A stretch of DNA of 55,684 bases from Chthonomonadaceae bacterium (GTDB lineage: Bacteria; Armatimonadota; Chthonomonadetes; Chthonomonadales; Chthonomonadaceae), in assembly GCA_035650735.1 (NCBI GenBank), contig DASRGZ010000167.1, forward strand, positions 1 through 55,684, in the 5' to 3' direction. The position numbers and the translations under genes are program-made. The notes under the pieces were generated by a model. It ran no database searches and was not told the origin of the DNA. It worked only from the letters and a program-made list of their open reading frames with translations. The first letter of the stretch is position 1; the number at the start of each line of letters is the position of its first letter. Shown here piece by piece: positions 54,363 through 55,684 of this stretch.

Positions 54363-54623
54363 TCAGTCCATCTCCTCTTCGGGATGCCGCTCGGCATGTT
54401 CCAGCGATTCGAGCATGCGGCTCATAAACTCACGCACCGACTCGATTTTGAACAGCATCAGCCCTTCTTCGGAGGGATGCTTCCAGATGAGGAGCTTGTC
54501 TCCCGGTAGAATACCGATCTCTTTGCGCGCTTCCGCCGGAATGACGATCTGGCCGCGCTCCCCGACCGTGACCGAACCGTAGAAGCAGGCGTCCCTGCGG
54601 GGTTTGTTGGCTCTACTCTCCAT
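54363..54623 (-). CDS. AbrB/MazE/SpoVT-family DNA-binding protein
   Basis: FYGSVTVGERGQIVIPAEARKEIGILPGDKL. Confidence 0.9.
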   Translation of the reverse strand: MESRANKPRRDACFYGSVTVGERGQIVIPAEARKEIGILPGDKLLIWKHPSEEGLMLFKIESVREFMSRMLESLEHAERHPEEEMD

Positions 54624-54850
54624 GGTGGGCTGCCTCGCCTTTCTCGCGCGTCTATCGCGCCGCGCTCCGATCTCCCCATCGAGATCACAGCTCTGGAGGC
54701 CGAGGCCCAAGAATACGGCTCTCTGCCTCCTAAAGCGGCGCATGTTTCTCATGTATTTCATACAGATCAAACTTGTCGGGTATACATACGAACCGGCGGC
54801 AGCCTCGGTTTCATAGCGGGCGAAGGAATTTACCTAATCAGGGGGATGGG

Positions 54851-55314
54851 TCAGGGGTAGCCGCTGGGGTTGTCCCCCAGGAGCCCTTCGAGGATGGCAG
54901 CGGCGTTCAGGTCGCTGTCGGCGGAGATCAAGACGATGGGCGCTAGCCCGCCCAGGAGGATGCGGTCATTGAGTTCCAACCCGGCAGCCAACTGCATCGC
55001 GTCGTAGCCTCGCAGCCCGTGCGTCTCCGCCAGGAGCATGGCGCGGTTAGCGAGCGCTTGCGTCACTTCGATCACCTGATAGTCGGCGGTCAGGTCGACG
55101 CGGAACTGCGCCCGGGCAGTAGCGGCGGTAGGAGCCGCAAGGGGCCGCCCCGCTCCCGCCAGGTGATGGCTGCGATCAGTTCAACGGTGGTGACGCGGGC
55201 CAGGTAGACCTGGTTGCCGCTAGTGGGATCTAACAGAGCTTTCACCCAGGCGGTTCCCGTCTCTGTAATGTAGCGTTTGGCTAGGCTGCTCGTATCCACG
55301 AAGAGGGCCGCCAT
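54851..55314 (-). pseudogene. vapC: PIN-domain (VapC-like) toxin with a single-base frameshift near 55141
   Basis: N-part FVDTSSLAKRY..E.G and C-part LRGYDAMQLA...SAD..L lie in different frames; adding one base gives a 154-aa PIN protein. Confidence 0.8.
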
Positions 55315-55514
55315 CAGCGGCGCTCCTCAATGATGGTTTCTGACAGGGGCTTGCCGCAAATCTCGCCGGTGGGCCGGTCCAACTTACACTCCCGGCTGCG
55401 TGGCTTCACCTCTTTCAAAAGGCCAGCCTCGATGAGCATCTGGTGAACCCGCTCCTCTTCCGGCGTATAGCCGGCGGGCGACAGCTCCGGTTCGCGCACT
55501 TTCTCTTGGGCCAT
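55314..55514 (-). CDS. Putative antitoxin (VapB-like)
   Basis: 66 aa ending GKPLSETIIEERR; TGATG overlap with the PIN gene. Confidence 0.7.
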   Translation of the reverse strand: MAQEKVREPELSPAGYTPEEERVHQMLIEAGLLKEVKPRSRECKLDRPTGEICGKPLSETIIEERR

Positions 55515-55684
55515 GGGACGCCTCCTTTCCTATGCCCCATAGTACTTTAGTTTCCGGTAAATCAGGCCGCCTTTCGGAGTTCGGGCGACATTGTCGAGAC
55601 TTTACGGCGGCGATGCGCCTTCACCCCTTTGGGCAAGTGGGCCGTCACGCTTTCCTTTTTGCGAAATTGACCTTCCGACAAGGG

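Noticed and set aside
54363..54623. AbrB protein as the antitoxin of the PIN toxin
   Set aside because: It is separated from the PIN gene by ~230 nt and coupled to tolC; the PIN gene has its own overlapping upstream partner.

Overview
GC-rich bacterial chromosomal window. The PEP-CTERM protein, TolC, many Tat/Sec-exported glycoside hydrolases and REP-rich intergenics suggest an Armatimonadota-like diderm, but that is inference only. From left to right it contains: (1) a truncated class III nucleotide cyclase; (2) a three-gene lipid/polyketide operon: FAAL-ACP-KS-AT-ACP, a TamH-like transaminase/acyl-ACP-reductase fusion, and an Sfp PPTase; (3) a sat / PQ-loop-like / sulfite reductase operon; (4) a run of carbohydrate-active and secreted enzymes (beta-propeller GH-like, beta-helix, GxGYxYP, GH51, PhyH, an interrupted DUF2961/GH172, GH2-like, CN-hydrolase); (5) khpA, a dipeptide epimerase and topA; (6) a ~10 kb minus-strand phage-derived head module (portal, protease/scaffold, decoration protein, major capsid, adaptor, closure-like protein, SGNH esterase) with no terminase, tail, integrase, replication or lysis genes and with host REP elements between its genes; (7) AbrB-TolC-MFP and a frameshifted VapBC-like pair. 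The strongest leads are the tailless, apparently domesticated capsid module, the predicted beta-keto fatty-amine assembly line, two independent ~30-bp duplications flanking 36-43 nt inserts (resembling off-target Cas1-Cas2 integration), a poly-G switch in a PEP-CTERM gene, and a REP element inserted in frame in a coding sequence. All family calls come from motifs recognised by eye; no searches were run.
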